64,000 nt of DNA from Octopus sinensis (Eukaryota), in contig NC_043003.1 in assembly GCF_006345805.1 (NCBI RefSeq), positions 80,228,001 to 80,292,000 on the forward strand, given 5' to 3'. Under the pieces are notes generated by a model that saw only the letters and a program-made list of their open reading frames with translations, ran no database searches and had not been told where the DNA came from. Made by a program: the position numbers and the translations under genes. Shown here piece after piece: positions 49,060 to 62,932 of the stretch; positions within the stretch are counted from its first letter, which is position 1, and each line of letters starts with the position of its first letter.

Positions 49060-50200
49060 TTATGTGTTTGCTTTAAAATGAAGGATTACATAGAAAGTAT
49101 TTTGCGTAGGATATGAGCAGTTCCCATGAGTATTTTGAATTTTTACCATTTTAGTGTTTCCTGGTATCTGAGCTATGTAGCAATCAACTTCTTTTGCTAT
49201 CTTTCCTAGGGCACCTATGACAACAGGTATTGTCTTAGTCTTTGTGTTCCACATTTTTCTAATTTCTATTTCAAGATCTTTATACTCGTTCAGTTTTTGG
49301 TAGGTCTTGACAGATACGTTTATATCGATTGGGACAGTCATATCAATGAGGAGGCATGATTTTTGTTTGAAGTCTTTCAATGTTATGTCTGCCCTAATTG
49401 CATCTATCTGTCAGTTTGAATGTTGAAGTTCCAGAGGGGTGAGATGTGATAATATTCAAGCACTGGAGGTGGTTTGTGTTCCCACCAGTTTTTATCATGA
49501 GGCAAATCCAGGTTTTTGCAAATTACCAAGTGAATATATTGTGCAGCTCCATCATGCCTGTTGAGATACTCTATAGGCGCAAGAAGACTGCACATGGAGA
49601 CAACATGATCAATGGTTTCATTTTGTTGTTGACATACATGACACGCTGGGAAGCTGCTGTTCTTTTCGTTACCAATCCGGCTGAAACCGGCTCTGGCTCT
49701 GAGTACAAATGTCTTGTTTTCATAAATTTTAAATTAAAATCTTCCACCAAACCTTGGTCACAATTTATCTTCCTAACACTAGCTGAATGATAACTAAGTT
49801 ATTTTACTAAATTCTTTGTTATATTTAAAGTAATTGAAAGAAACACAGAGCACGTCAAAATATATACAGTAATGAAAGGGTTAATATGTTGACCTGGTAG
49901 TTCCCTGTAGGTAGGCATTGATTTGGGTTGCTGAGATAAACCTTTCTGTTTCAGATTTTAAGCCAGAAGCCATTAGCCATTGATACATAAGGGCTTTGTC
50001 AACATCGGTATTATGCGCTCTCTTTGGGTATTTGCCATTGAGAGGTTTTTCATACCGTGTATCAGTCAGAATATATAAGGCAGCAGTTTTAGCACGGGTT
50101 TTCATGCGCTTAGCCTTTTCTGCGTTTGTTTCTAGTATGTCTAATTCCAGAAATTGTATTTAGAATTCACTCAGATATTCCTTTGCCTCTTTTGCTACTG
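49060..50200 (-). pseudogene. R4-clade CCHC/RLE fragment, interrupted by a MITE
   Basis: PLNGKYP...QWLMASGLKSETERFI; HVVSMCSLLAPIEYLNRHD..YIH..IC; CLLIDMTVP...YKDLEIEIRKMW..TIPVVIGALG. Confidence 0.82.
49662..49884. mobile_element. ~220-bp MITE, possibly piggyBac-like
   Basis: Right end gtaatgaaaggg|ttaa; degenerate left end cttttcgttac; interrupts R4 coding sequence between the GLKSETE and CCHC regions. Confidence 0.5.
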
Positions 50201-50234
50201 ATTTTTATTATTCCTTTACAGATATATATTTATA

Positions 50235-50278
<44 letters not shown>

Positions 50279-50894
50279 ATAATAATAATAATAAGTTGTA
50301 GTTATTGTTGTGTAAACACTGTTAAATAATAAAGAATATTAAGGTGAAGCGTAAGAAAAGGGTGAATAACCTTTCTTTGAGGTTTCTATATAAATGGCGA
50401 TTGATAAACCTTATGATAATATGCTTGCCATTACAAAACAGAGTTCCTCGCATAAACAGCTTCTCTATGATAGAGTACTAGAGTGTAAATGCTTTGTTAA
50501 TTATATTCACTAAAATGCGATTAAGGAAGCTGCATATTCCCTTAAATTGCATTGTAATTTATGAAAGCTGCCAATCATATTTTCAGATGGAATATTTGCA
50601 ATTCGGAACTTAATGTTCCCCACAAAATTTCAACACGAGATTTAAATATTTGACATATGTCTATTCCATTTTTAAACGTACCGTTTCCATCGTCGTCTTT
50701 CATTAATTCTGTAATTTGTGGCTCAACAAATATGTCAGTTTGTATTTCACCTTCAGCTTTCGTGAGAAACTGATGTGAATATACGTGGTTGTTATATTAT
50801 TTTAGAAAACATAAAAATATAGAAATCATCATGATCATCATGATCATCACCGTCATTCCTGTTCTTATTTTTATTGTTGCTGTTGTTGTTGTTG

Positions 50895-50935
<41 letters not shown>

Positions 50936-50938
<3 letters not shown>

Positions 50939-53900
50939 TAGTTTTATTTTTATAGCGTGCTTTCACTTCACTACCGAGCGCAGCTCTGTGTGCCTTGGCT
51001 ATGTGCTGTGATTTGTTGTGATGCTCTGATGGTTATTGTATGGAAAGTGTTCTGCGTAGGATGTGTGCAGTGCCTAGTTGTGCAATTTTCTGTATGTTAT
51101 ATGTGTTTGTAAGTCCTGGTGTTTTTGTTATGTATTTGTCTGAATATTTTTTTATCATGCCTAATGCACCTACTATGATGGGAATTGTTTCTGCTTTCAG
51201 ATTCCACATTCTAGTTACCTCTATTTCCTGGTCTTTGTATTTTGAGAGTTTCTCCATTTCTTTTAGAGACACGTTGTCATCTGCCGGTATTGATACATCA
51301 ATTAGAAAGCATTTTTTTCTTCATGATCTCTGACAACTATATCTGGTCTTTTGGCCTTAATTTCTCTATCTGTGTGTATCGGCATATCCCAGAGTATGGT
51401 TGCTTTCTCGTTTTCTGTGACCTTTTCTGGTGTGTGCCTATACCATCTTTTTTCTGTTGTTATTCCATAATGTTGACATAGCTTCCAATGTATGTAGGTT
51501 CCAACTCTGTCATGTCTGTGAATATATTCCTTCTTAGCCAGGACTGGGTAGCTAGGGATAATATGATTTATTGTTTCTTGTCCATCTCCACATATTCTGC
51601 AGTTACTTGTAATATTTCTTTTCATTAGATGTTTTTGGTAATTTCTGGTGGGGAGGCTTTGGTCTTGTGCTGCAATTAAAAATCCCTCTGTTTCTGCTTT
51701 GAGTCCTGAGCTTCTCAACCATTGCTGGGATTTTTCTTTGTCTATTTCTTTTGCGTTTAGTTTAGTGCAGTATTTACCATGAAGGAGCTTTTCTTGCCAT
51801 CGTTTTATCATGGTTCGTTGCTGTTCTATTTTTAGTTTGGATTTCATTTGTTTTATAGCTTTTGTTGTTTCTTCATCATCTTCTTCTTCTACTTCGTGTT
51901 TATTAGGTGGTATGAATTCTTGTTTGTATTTGTCAGCTTCCTTAAGTACTGAGAACAGTTTTTTTGTTTTGCTCGTGTTTTGCTGCTCTCTGGATCAGTT
52001 TTCCTTCCTTCTGAAGTAGGTATTTTTGCAGTCCTATGGTGGTTATTTTATAGTAGTTTTCCAGCTGTATAAGGCCTCTACCACCTTCTATACGTTGTAT
52101 ATATAGTCTTTCTATGTCAGATTTTGGTTGATGCATCCTAGATCCTGTCATTATTTTTCTTGTTTTCCTATCTATTTTGGACAGTTCATTTCGTGCCCAG
52201 TTAAGGATATTGTAGCTGTAACTTATAACTGGGACAGCTAAAGTGTTGATACCTATTATCTTGTTTTTAGCATTGAGCCTTGTTTTTAGTATTGATCTAA
52301 CTCGTCTATAATATTCTTTTTTTATTTTCTCTTTCATTTGTGTGTGTTGTGTCTTATCTAGTTCATGGATTCCTAAGTATTTGTAAGTTTGGCTTTGGTC
52401 TAATTCTTTTATTTCATTGGTTTTATCTAGTGTGATGTTGTTACTCTTAACTAGTTTTCCTCTTTTCATGGTTACTTTGGCGCATTTTTCTAATCCAAAT
52501 TTCATATCTATTTCTTTGGTAAATCCATGAACTGTCTTTAATAGTGTTTCCAGCTGTTTGTCATTTGCAGCGTATAGTTTTAGGTCATCCATATATAAAG
52601 GTGGCTGATCGTTTTGCCGTAACATTTATATCCGCATCCAGTTCTATTTAGCATATCAGATAGAGGTGACAGTGCCAAGCAGAAAAGGAGTGGAGAGAGC
52701 GTGTCTCCCTGGAATATTCCTCTTCTAATGGGGATGTCTTTGGTTTTCATGAGTCCCTCTTTTGATTGGAGGTGTAGGACTGTTTGCCATTTATTCCTAG
52801 AGTGCTCTATGAATTTTATGATTGTTGGTGCTACTTTGTTAATGGCTAGTGTTTCGAGCATCCATGTGTGGGGGATGCTATCAAACGCATTTTTGTAGTC
52901 AATCCAGGCCATACTGAGGCCTTTCTTCTTTCTGTGGCTGTCTTCAGTTACGGCTTTATTAATAATTAGTTAATCTTTACAGCCATATGAGCCTCTGCGG
53001 CATCCTTTCTGCTCTTCTGGGAACAGTTTGTTTTCGTCCAGGTGCTTGTTCAGCCTTTGTGATATCACAGCAGTAAATGCCTTGAACATAGTAGGAAGGC
53101 AGGTTATTGGTCTGTAGTTTTCTGGTTTTTCTGTTTCATTTGATTTGGGAATTAAGATGATTTTCCCCTTCGTGAGCCATTCAGGCATTGTCTCTGGCTC
53201 TGCTAGTATGCTGTTAAAGTTTTCAGCCAGCTTTTTGTGCATTCCTGTTAGATATTTCAACCAGAAGTTGGGGATCTTGTCATGCCCAGGTGCCTTCCAG
53301 TTGCTTAGTTTTTGCAGTGCCTGGGTGACCTCTTCAGTTGTTATGGGGGTCCAAAGTTGTTCAGATGCCGAGTTTGTTATTTTGATACTCCTTTTTTTTG
53401 GCTGTTCGTTCGCCGACCATATTTCTCTCCAGAATTCTTCCAATTCTTCTGCCGTTGGTGCTGCAGTGACTTCTATTTTATTTTTGCCCAGTTCTTGGTA
53501 GACCTTTTTGGGGTCGGAGTTGAACTTTTTGTTCTGTTCAAAGAAGCGTCGGCGTTTCTCGTACCGGCGGATCCTTTGAGCTTTGGCAAGGATATCTTGC
53601 TTCAGCTTTTCTTTTATCTCCGGTAAATCTTTTTCTGTGATGTTATATTTGCGGAGCATTTTTGTTCTCTTTTTGTTGCTCAGTAGCGTTGATTGTTTGC
53701 TGATTTCATTAAGATTCGACAGGTCTTTTCTATTTTTTTTTACTTTGTTTTGGATGTTATTTATCCACAGGGTTTGTTTGGGTGGTGGTACTCCTGTTTG
53801 GGCGGGTTTGGGTGAGTATCCAGCTTCTTTTGTGGCTGCAGTGGCTGCTGCGTATATTAAGTCATTTAGTTCAGTGATATCACTTTTTTTTGTTTCAGTG

Positions 53901-54005
53901 GCTAGTTCAGTGACAGCTAGGTTTATGCTGTTTATAATTGGTGTTGTTATTTCGTTTATTTTTATTCTTGAGAGGTATGGTCGGTGGTCCATTTTGGGCT
54001 CTGTG

Positions 54006-54006
<1 letters not shown>
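50936..54006 (-). mobile_element. 5'-truncated R4/Dong element, same family as 42698-46728
   Basis: ORF pieces of 340, 110, 227, 181 and 79 aa cover RT (YMDDLKLYA), CCHC (CRICG..ETINHI) and RLE (RPDIVVRD..KYKD); same 3' junction ttatt|cagtag; (TTA)n on both sides (50899-50935, 54007-54116). Confidence 0.93.
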
Positions 54007-54095
<89 letters not shown>

Positions 54096-54508
54096 ATTAT
54101 TATTATTATTATTATTCATATACTCACAACAGATTAGCCTGTTGGAAAATAAATATTCCTAATATCGGGCTACAACAAGTAACCTTAGATGTCAAGGACC
54201 TTTCTAAGTAGCCTAGCTATCCCTAGTAACATTGTTTTCTGGAGCTGTACTATTTCCTATGTCCATCTGTTCAAATCATTAGTGATGGTTCCTTATGCAC
54301 CTATAACTACTGGGATACAGTTTAACCGTGCTTTCCATAGTCTGTGTAATTCAATGGCTACTTTATAATAATAGTAATAATAAAAATAATAATAATAATG
54401 ATAAAAATAATAATTATCATCATCATCATCATCATCATCATCATTATTATTGTTGTTGTTGTTGTTGTTATTATTATTATTATTATTATTATTTTATTAT
54501 TATTATTA

Positions 54509-54547
<39 letters not shown>

Positions 54548-54549
54548 TT

Positions 54550-54800
54550 ATAAGACAGCGAGCTGGTAGAAACGTTAGCAAACCGGGCGAAATGCTTGGC
54601 GGTATTTCCTCTGTCGCTACGTTCTGAGTTCTAATTCCGCCGAGGTCGACATTGCCTTTCATCCTTCCTGTGTCGATTAAATAAGTACCAGTTACACACA
54701 GGGGTCGATATAATCGACTTAATCCGTTTGTCTGTCCTTCTTTGTCCTCTATGTGTTTAGCCCCTTGTGGGTAGTAAAGAAATAGGTATTTCGACTGTAT
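54550..54800 (+). mobile_element. SINE family 2 copy
   Basis: agcgagctggtagaaacgttagcaaaccgggcgaaatgc...gagttctaattccgccgaggtcgac...gccccttgtgggtagtaaagaaataggtatttc. Confidence 0.88.
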
Positions 54801-54819
54801 TTATGTCTTAGTATATATC

Positions 54820-55430
54820 TACCCTGTTGATTTCTCTTTCCTTCTTTCATGGAAGTCCATACTTCTTACACATTCCCAGTGGATGACCTTTGCAACATTA
54901 TCATGTCACCAAGATTTGTACTGTTTCTGTGCGAGTTTGAAGCATTCACTTAGTATTCAGATTACCGTTTCTTTTCCTTCAGCGCACAACCTGTATATCT
55001 TCGACACATTGACTCCTGCCCTGCATTATTTTTGCAGAGGACATGACCTTGAGCTGCCATAATTAACCCTTTCTTTTCTTTTTTAGATTTCCTTTTTTTT
55101 TATTCAATTCCACTTGGTTTCTTCTCTTTCCGCGTCAGTATTCTTCATAAACTGAGGGTATTAATGTTTTTTTCTACATAACTTTACATTATCTTTTTAA
55201 GTATTTTATCATTTTTTTTCCTTGTAGTATGTTTGCATTGCTCAAATCTGCCGTCATTTCTTCAATGATTTTCTTAACATGCTGATTGGGACCTTCCATT
55301 TTCATGTTCACACATTCCTCTCCTCTAATCAATCCCATTCCTCTATTTTTACGTTTCATGTATAGACTACCATATCTGCACTTTGTGGTGTATGTATATT
55401 GTGCCAATTCCCGAAGTTTTGTTAAATTTA
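54820..55430 (-). pseudogene. Old degenerate R4-like fragment
   Basis: LYMKRKNRGMGLI resembles RLYIQRIEGGRGLI in the R4 copy at 52 kb; heavily decayed. Confidence 0.45.
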
Positions 55431-58400
55431 GTAGGGAACTATTTATTGCCGCGATATTTGGTTAAAACTTTAAATAAAGATATCTGCTTCAATGTGACAT
55501 GAAAAGACTGTCAAATTTTGCCCTTTTGGACACAATCTTAGTGTAATTATATTAGCTCTTGTCCGTTTTGTTTCTCCACTGGAATTATGGTGTCAGTTTC
55601 GCCTATTATCAGATCCAGCAATGTTTTATAGTGATATGAGTCATTTTTCCTGACTCATATCACAACCACGTTCACCACGGTACATTATACAACCATTTCC
55701 TTTCGATTTAATACGACAAGCACCCAGGGAGATTGTAAGTATCTGCGACGTTAAAATGCAACATTACAGACACGAAAAGTGTCAATAAGAATAGCAACAG
55801 CAACAAAAACATTAACAAGAGAACAGAAATGCAGGAAAATATCCAACTGCCCTAAGTCTTGTGAATCCTCCGAATTCTTATGGGCGCTCTCTATTTGCAC
55901 TCAGTTAAGATTAGTTTCTAGCCTAAAATTGTGGTGATTATAAAAGTAGTTTACTCTGTATATCTTATAAAGTCCACATATTCATTATATAAACACTCGG
56001 TTAATTGGGTGTGAGACTGTTAAATAATGTAAATTAACTTATATTATATCTCCATGGAATATCATTTTGCCACCATTTTAAGTTAAAATTTGCTATCCAA
56101 AATGAAATTTATGGAAAACATTTTGAAGATCATAGTTGCATTTATATCGATAAGAAAACACTTAATCTATGCTGTACTAAACTATGAAAGACAAACATAA
56201 CAAATTTAGGAACAACCTGGGCCGGATATGTTAAGAGGTCATCCCATAGTCTGAGTGTTTTCACACGTTTCGACATTTGTAAGCGTTTTAGAATATTTTA
56301 TCAATTTGAGTGAGACTACATTACGGAATTTACCCGATATACAATGTTGCTGCTCACCTGTAAATATTCGAAATTATTATATTATTAATATTTCCACTAG
56401 TACTTTAGTAGTCATGTGTATTACTTTTGAATTAATAAATTTATTAATCCCACCTGATTTTAAATTCTATCATCACTTTTAATCCGTCCTTTGATTTTTT
56501 ACCTTTTAACATTGTAGGTTTGATAAACTGCTAGCAAGCAAGTACTGAACCGATTAAATCGATAATACCGTTTCTTACACATATGTGATCTTGTGACCAT
56601 GCTATAAATCATTTATTATGTTCAGTATAGAGTTAAGATTCGAAGAAAAGAATACCATAAAATATTTACAGTAAAAATAAATCTACTGTAACTCTATCTT
56701 ACTTTAAAATAATATTTCTGATGTATAGTAAAGAAATGGAATTACATTATATGTAGTTATGGAGACAGAACTGTGTGCTGAAATGAATATCTGTATAAAT
56801 GTAAATATATATAGAATGAAAGCCTAAAATTGGTTGGTGGCATCTCCAGCTACGGGCGAACAACACAATCATCAGAAAAGTAGACAAGGAGGAGACTAAG
56901 TAATATATCTGAAATACAAAAGAAAAAAAAAGAAACGAGAACAGAGATGGCAGTAAGCAGTGAGACTCAGCCAACATATGTCTACTCCGATATTTCCTGA
57001 ATTGGATCATGAACTGGAGTGAACACCATTAAACATTGCATCATGGATAGAATGTGAAAAAAAGGCAAAACAAAAACGGTATATAAGGGAGTTAGGTTGA
57101 GTGGTTTAGTGTAGGAGAAAGTAATATATACGCGAGATTTTGGTCAATACCAAGCACGACATAATAGCAGCATAAAATCAGCAACAAAAATTGTAATTCA
57201 TACTATTAGAATATTTTTTTAAAATGATGAATACCTATGAAAATCACTGTATAAATGAGAGGCTTAAAGAGATTCATGGTGAGAAAGATAGCGTGAGGTT
57301 CAGATGGTTAGAGAAAGTGGGCGTAAAATAGGAAGAAAAGTAAATAAAGGCAAAGTAAAATGGAAGAGAGAAAGAGAAAAGTAATAATTCGCCTATAGCT
57401 CATAAAAAAATAATGACCAAAACTGACTTGTGGTAGATAAAGTGAAATAGAGCATCAGTGAATAATACATTGACAATGTGCTAGGAAAGGCTTTGATACG
57501 TAATAATATATACTAGTGAAAACATTAATAAAAACGAAAGTGAATATGACTATGTGATGTGTTTTAAATGACCATCATGGCCTTCGTTCAACGAAAATGA
57601 ATAAAAGTTCTGAAATAATTGTTACGGATGTCCAAAAGTGTTCTGATTTGTTAATATTGTATTAGTCATTTTTAAATTAGGTAAATTGATACAAATGATA
57701 CATTGTTTTTCTTGTCACTTTAGAGCGCGCGAAAGCAGTGGATGAGTGCTTATGTACCTCTAAAATGTTCTGACTGTAAACAAAGATGGTTAATACTAAA
57801 CTTGAAATTTTGTTGATTGATTCCTGTAGGAGGAACGCATAGAAGGGAAGTGAAACTTGAGAATACCTGCGGGTAAGAAGGAAGGACAGCTTGGTGGGTT
57901 TTGTTTATGAAAGGAATATTTTAGTGATTAATCAGAGAAAGAAATAAAGCATATATGACTATTTTCTGTAAGAATGTGAGAAGTTGATGTAAAAGAGGAA
58001 GTTTCCCTTATATCTTAGGTCAATTCCGATTCTTGCAATGGAGTCCATTCTCATTGTGTCATTTAACTAGGGAGCGGATTAACTCGTAAGAGCAGTAAAG
58101 TTCCGAGTGACATTCCATGCATTTTCCTACCTACCATATTTTAATAACAAACTTTTGGTCGAGTGGAGGCTTAGGGAGCATATATTTGTTCATAGAAACA
58201 AACAGTGGAATTTAATTTGAATGCTTTATTTACACTTATACTACCCTGTTATGTATAAAATGCTATCTATTTGATCGCCCTGTACAATGAGAGCATTTGG
58301 GGCTCAATCGTAGAGATGTAATTTGACACGCATTTTAACTCATGGAAAGCAACGATGAAATAAATTTTCTGCTTGACTGGAGACTGTAATCCGCTTACAT

Positions 58401-58950
58401 ATTATCGTTCAGCTCATACAAATTAACTACACATACAATACAAATGCCATTACGACAGAAAACAAACCATAGATATTGCATTTGTTGCATGTCTCTAATG
58501 GTGATAACCTAGTGCTTCTTCATAAGCAAGGCAATATTTTGAGTGCATATGAGAAAATGGAAGCATTTGAAACGTAGAAATGTGCACTGGATGCACTATA
58601 AATATAGTGGACATAGAAAGTATAGATATGTTAATTTGTTTTAAGGAGGTAGTTTTGCAGACAGAAATGTTTAATGCAACGAGAGAATATTTTGATTTCA
58701 TGTAAGCTATGATATTGTCTCGAAGAAACATTTATCTATTGAAAGCTTCCGAATCGATTAACGCAAATGCAATGAAAGGATTCCAACAGGCATTATATTG
58801 ATTCATCTATAATAAAGTAAATACTAGAACGTAATTTATCAGTACCTATAGCTGGTATAGGATCCTTCTGATGGATAGTTAAAAAGGATCAAGTCATAAT
58901 GATTGCTATTCTGTATTAATAGCGCTAATATATATATATGTATATATATA

Positions 58951-61560
58951 CGAAAGAAGGTTTGAAAATGCAATTTAAAAGATGTTTATTTACTTTACCG
59001 GTTTCACTCTTAGGAAAAAGAATGTCAAAAGTAACATGTCGAAGTTTGGTTGCGTTAATTATTGGTTGTTGCAAATTGCTACATTACATATATATATACA
59101 GTCTTTGGTAGCAGGGACATGTTAAGGACATAAAAAAGTACAACAGTATGTTGAGAATATAAAGAGGTTTCACAAGCTCATTGAAAAAATGGGCAGAAAA
59201 GATTAAAACAAATATATTATACATCTCAGGGTAATTTCCAGGAGGAATTATTAAAAAGGTTCAGTACAGAATATTATGAATTCAAAAAGATTTACATTAA
59301 TGTATTGGTGAATTTGTTACTGACCTGTCCGTTTTAGCAGAAAATGTGGAATTGAAAGGGATGTACCGGTTTTTTACTTTTTTGGCTTTCCTTCAAGCAT
59401 CAATGATTTTGGGGTTAGGATGAGGTGAATATGTGTGTCTCTGCATGTATGTGTGTGTGCATACATATACATGTGGTGTGAATAGATGTGTCTGTGTGTC
59501 TAGTATTTGGTCAGGTGGTGTCTGTTTGTCAACCGCGTGTGTGGTTGTCATGGTGTTGTGTGTGTGTGCGTGCGTGTGTACGCATGTATGTGTGTGGATG
59601 GCATTTGACATGGTGCTGCGTGTGTATATATGTGCCTGTATGGAGGTGAGATTGGTGTGAGTGTGTGTGCCCCAGTGTATATATGTGTTCTATATATGTA
59701 TATATGTGTGTGTGTTGTGTGTGTATGCATTGTATATGTGTATATGTGAATGCATTGTTTGTGTGTGTGTGTGTGGTATGTATATGTATATGTGTGTGTA
59801 CGTTATATGTATGTATTTTGTGTGTGTGTGTGCGCATTATATATATATATGTGTGTATATGTGAATATATATATATATGTGCATTATATGTATGTGCATT
59901 GTGTATATGTATATTATGTGTATGTGTGTTGTATATGTATGTGTACATTATGTGTATATGTATGTGTATATATGCATTGTATATATGTATATTGTATGTG
60001 TGTTGTATATGCATGAATACATGTATATACATTATATGTATATATATGTATGCATTGTGTATGTGTATGTTATGTGTATATATGTTATAAGTATGTGTAT
60101 ATGTATATGTATATGTATATGTATACATTGTATGTATATTGTGTGTATATGTGGTATATTTATGTATGTGTATGTAAACATTATATATATATATATATGT
60201 ATATATGTATATGCATTGTCTATATATATATATATTATATGTATGTATTGTGTATGTATGTTATATGTATATATTGTGTATGTGTATTATATATATGCTT
60301 TGTATGTGTATCGCATGTATATATGTGTTAGGTGTATATGTGTTGTATTTATATTATGTATGTATGTGTGCGTGTGTTGTGTGTGTGTGTGTTATGTGTG
60401 TGTGTGTTGTGTGTGTGTATTATATGTATGTGCGTTGTGTGTGTGTTCTGTATGTATGTGCGTTGTGTGTGTGTGTGTGTTGTGTGTGTTGTGTGTGTGT
60501 AGATTATGTGTGTATGTGTGTTGTGTGTGTGGGTGGTGAGATGTGTGTGTGTGTGTGTGGTATGTATGTGTATGATGTATGTGTGTGTGTATATATATGT
60601 ATATGTAGTGTGTGTATATATATGTATATGTAGTGTGTGTGTATGGCCCGCACACGCGCGCAGACGCGCACGCGCACGAACACGCGCGCGCACGGGCGGG
60701 CACGCATATACACACACCATCCTGCCCCAAAAAATTCTTTAAACAAGACACATCTATTTACACCACCCTAGAACCAATCAAAAACAGCCCCCCCCCACAC
60801 ACAGACACTTGTATACGTGTATGTGCACGTAGACAGGGGCACACACACTCACACCAATCTCACCTCCATTCAGGCACATATATACACACGCAGCATCATG
60901 TCAAATGCCACCCACACACATACATGCGTACACACGCACACACACACACACACAACACCATGACAACCACACACGCGGTTGACAAACAGACACCACCTGA
61001 CCAAATACTACAGACACACAGACACATCTATTCACACCACATGTATATGTATGCACACACATACACGCAGAGACACACATATTCACCTCATCCTAACCCC
61101 AAAATCATTGATGCTTGAAGGAAAGCAAAAGAAAGCAAAAAACGGGTACATCCATTTCAATTCCACATTTTCTGCTAAAACGGACAGGTCAGTAACAAAC
61201 TCACCACTACATTAATGTAAATCTTTTTGAATTCATAATATTCTGTACTGAACTTTTTTAATAATTCCTCCTGGAAATTACCCTGAGCTGTATAATATAT
61301 TTGTTTTAATCTTTTCTGCCCATTTTTTCAATGAGCTTGTGAAACCTCTTTATATTCTCAACATACTGTTGTACTTTTTTATGTCCTTAACATGTCCCTG
61401 CTACCAAAGACTGTATATATATATGTAATGTAGCAATTTGCAACAACCAATAATTAACGCAACCAAACTTCGACATGTTACTTTTGACAATCTTTTTCCA
61501 AAGAGTGAAACCGGTAAAGTAAATAAACATCTTTTAAATTGCATTTTCAAACTTCTTTCG
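58951..61560. mobile_element. 2.6-kb foldback element with ~725-bp terminal inverted repeats
   Basis: 58951-59673 is the reverse complement of 60836-61560 with scattered mismatches; termini TA|cgaaagaag...cttctttcg|TA; interior is (TG/TA) cryptic satellite plus a GC-rich node at ~60645-60705; no transposase seen. Confidence 0.8.
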
Positions 61561-61625
61561 TATATAATTCCACTCGTGCGATACCCCACAACTCAACTTT
61601 GTTATATGTATAATATATAATATAT

Positions 61626-61659
<34 letters not shown>

Positions 61660-61760
61660 ATTATTAATATATGAGGGAATAAAATCCAAAACTTACAAGG
61701 AAAAAAAATCAATTTAGAAATACAAATCAAAGTTCACACAATATAATTATATATATATAT

Positions 61761-62932
61761 AAAATTAGAAAAAAACACCTTTTATCAATTCAAAATGAAC
61801 AATTAAATTACACCATCTAGAAAATTACATATAATAGAAATATTAACATTGAAAAATAACAATAAAATGTCAAAGATTAAGTAAGTTGCAAAAATATAAT
61901 AATAATAACGTATATAAATTGTGGAATAACGAACGTGTTTCGTGGCTATATTTAAGAAATGGTTACAAAGTTTTTTTCTCCTTTTCGTTTGGATTCTGTT
62001 TTATTTTGGGTTGAAGGTTTAGCTGAGGTTAATTTTGTTACTGATATATTAATAGGTGTCTGTTAGTTTTAGCTGGGTGTCTTCGTATCTTTCTTTGGTT
62101 CTAATATTTTTGCACCTTCTTTAATTTTGGGTTTGATAGGTTTTCTTACTTCCATTAACATATTATTCTCACTATTATATATTTATATACATTGATAGAT
62201 ATAAGTTACGATAGATATTAACTCTTTTTAAATGTAGATATATATATATATATATTTATATATAAAGTGATCTAATGAATTACACTTAATTTAATTTAAT
62301 TTAAGAATTTATGTAGGCAGACATTATATTATTTTTGTTATTAGGTGGCTTATTTATTTGTAATATTAAATTTTAAGATAATTTGGTATTATATTATTTG
62401 ATATTTAGTCAAATTTGTTATAGATTCTTATATTAAATCTATAGATACTACACATGTATATTGATTATATGGTTAGCTTATTTAAGGAGTTTGCCTATGT
62501 TTGAACCATTTCTTATTTTGATTACTATTTAAAGACTTGTTTTAGCTTTGTGTATTTTATTTAATTTGAAAGTATTTAATAATTTAAGTATTGTTTTAGT
62601 TTTCAATTATGTATATTTAGTATTTTCATATATATATTAAAGTATATTTATTAATTAATTATTTTATTATTCTAGTTTATTTTTAACCTGATGAGTGACT
62701 ATATTGATATCGAAGTGATTTCTCTGCCACTATAACCATTCTTAAATACAGCCACGAAACACGTGTCGTTATTCTACAATTTATATACGTTATTATTATT
62801 ATATTTTTGCAATTTACGTAATCTTTGATATTTTATTGGTATTTTTTAATGTTAATATTTTTATTATATGTAATTTTCTAGATGGTATAATTTATTGTTC
62901 ATTTTGAATTGATAAAAGGTGGTTTTTCTAAT

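Noticed and set aside
55600-58900. Host gene or regulatory region in the repeat-poor stretch
   Set aside because: Only short AT-rich ORFs without motifs; no structure I can support.
1633-61118. Many ORFs rich in YI/IY, CV/VC, HT/TH, poly-N/I/L/T/V
   Set aside because: They are translations of (TA)n, (TG)n, (TAA)n and (TAC)n microsatellites, not genes.
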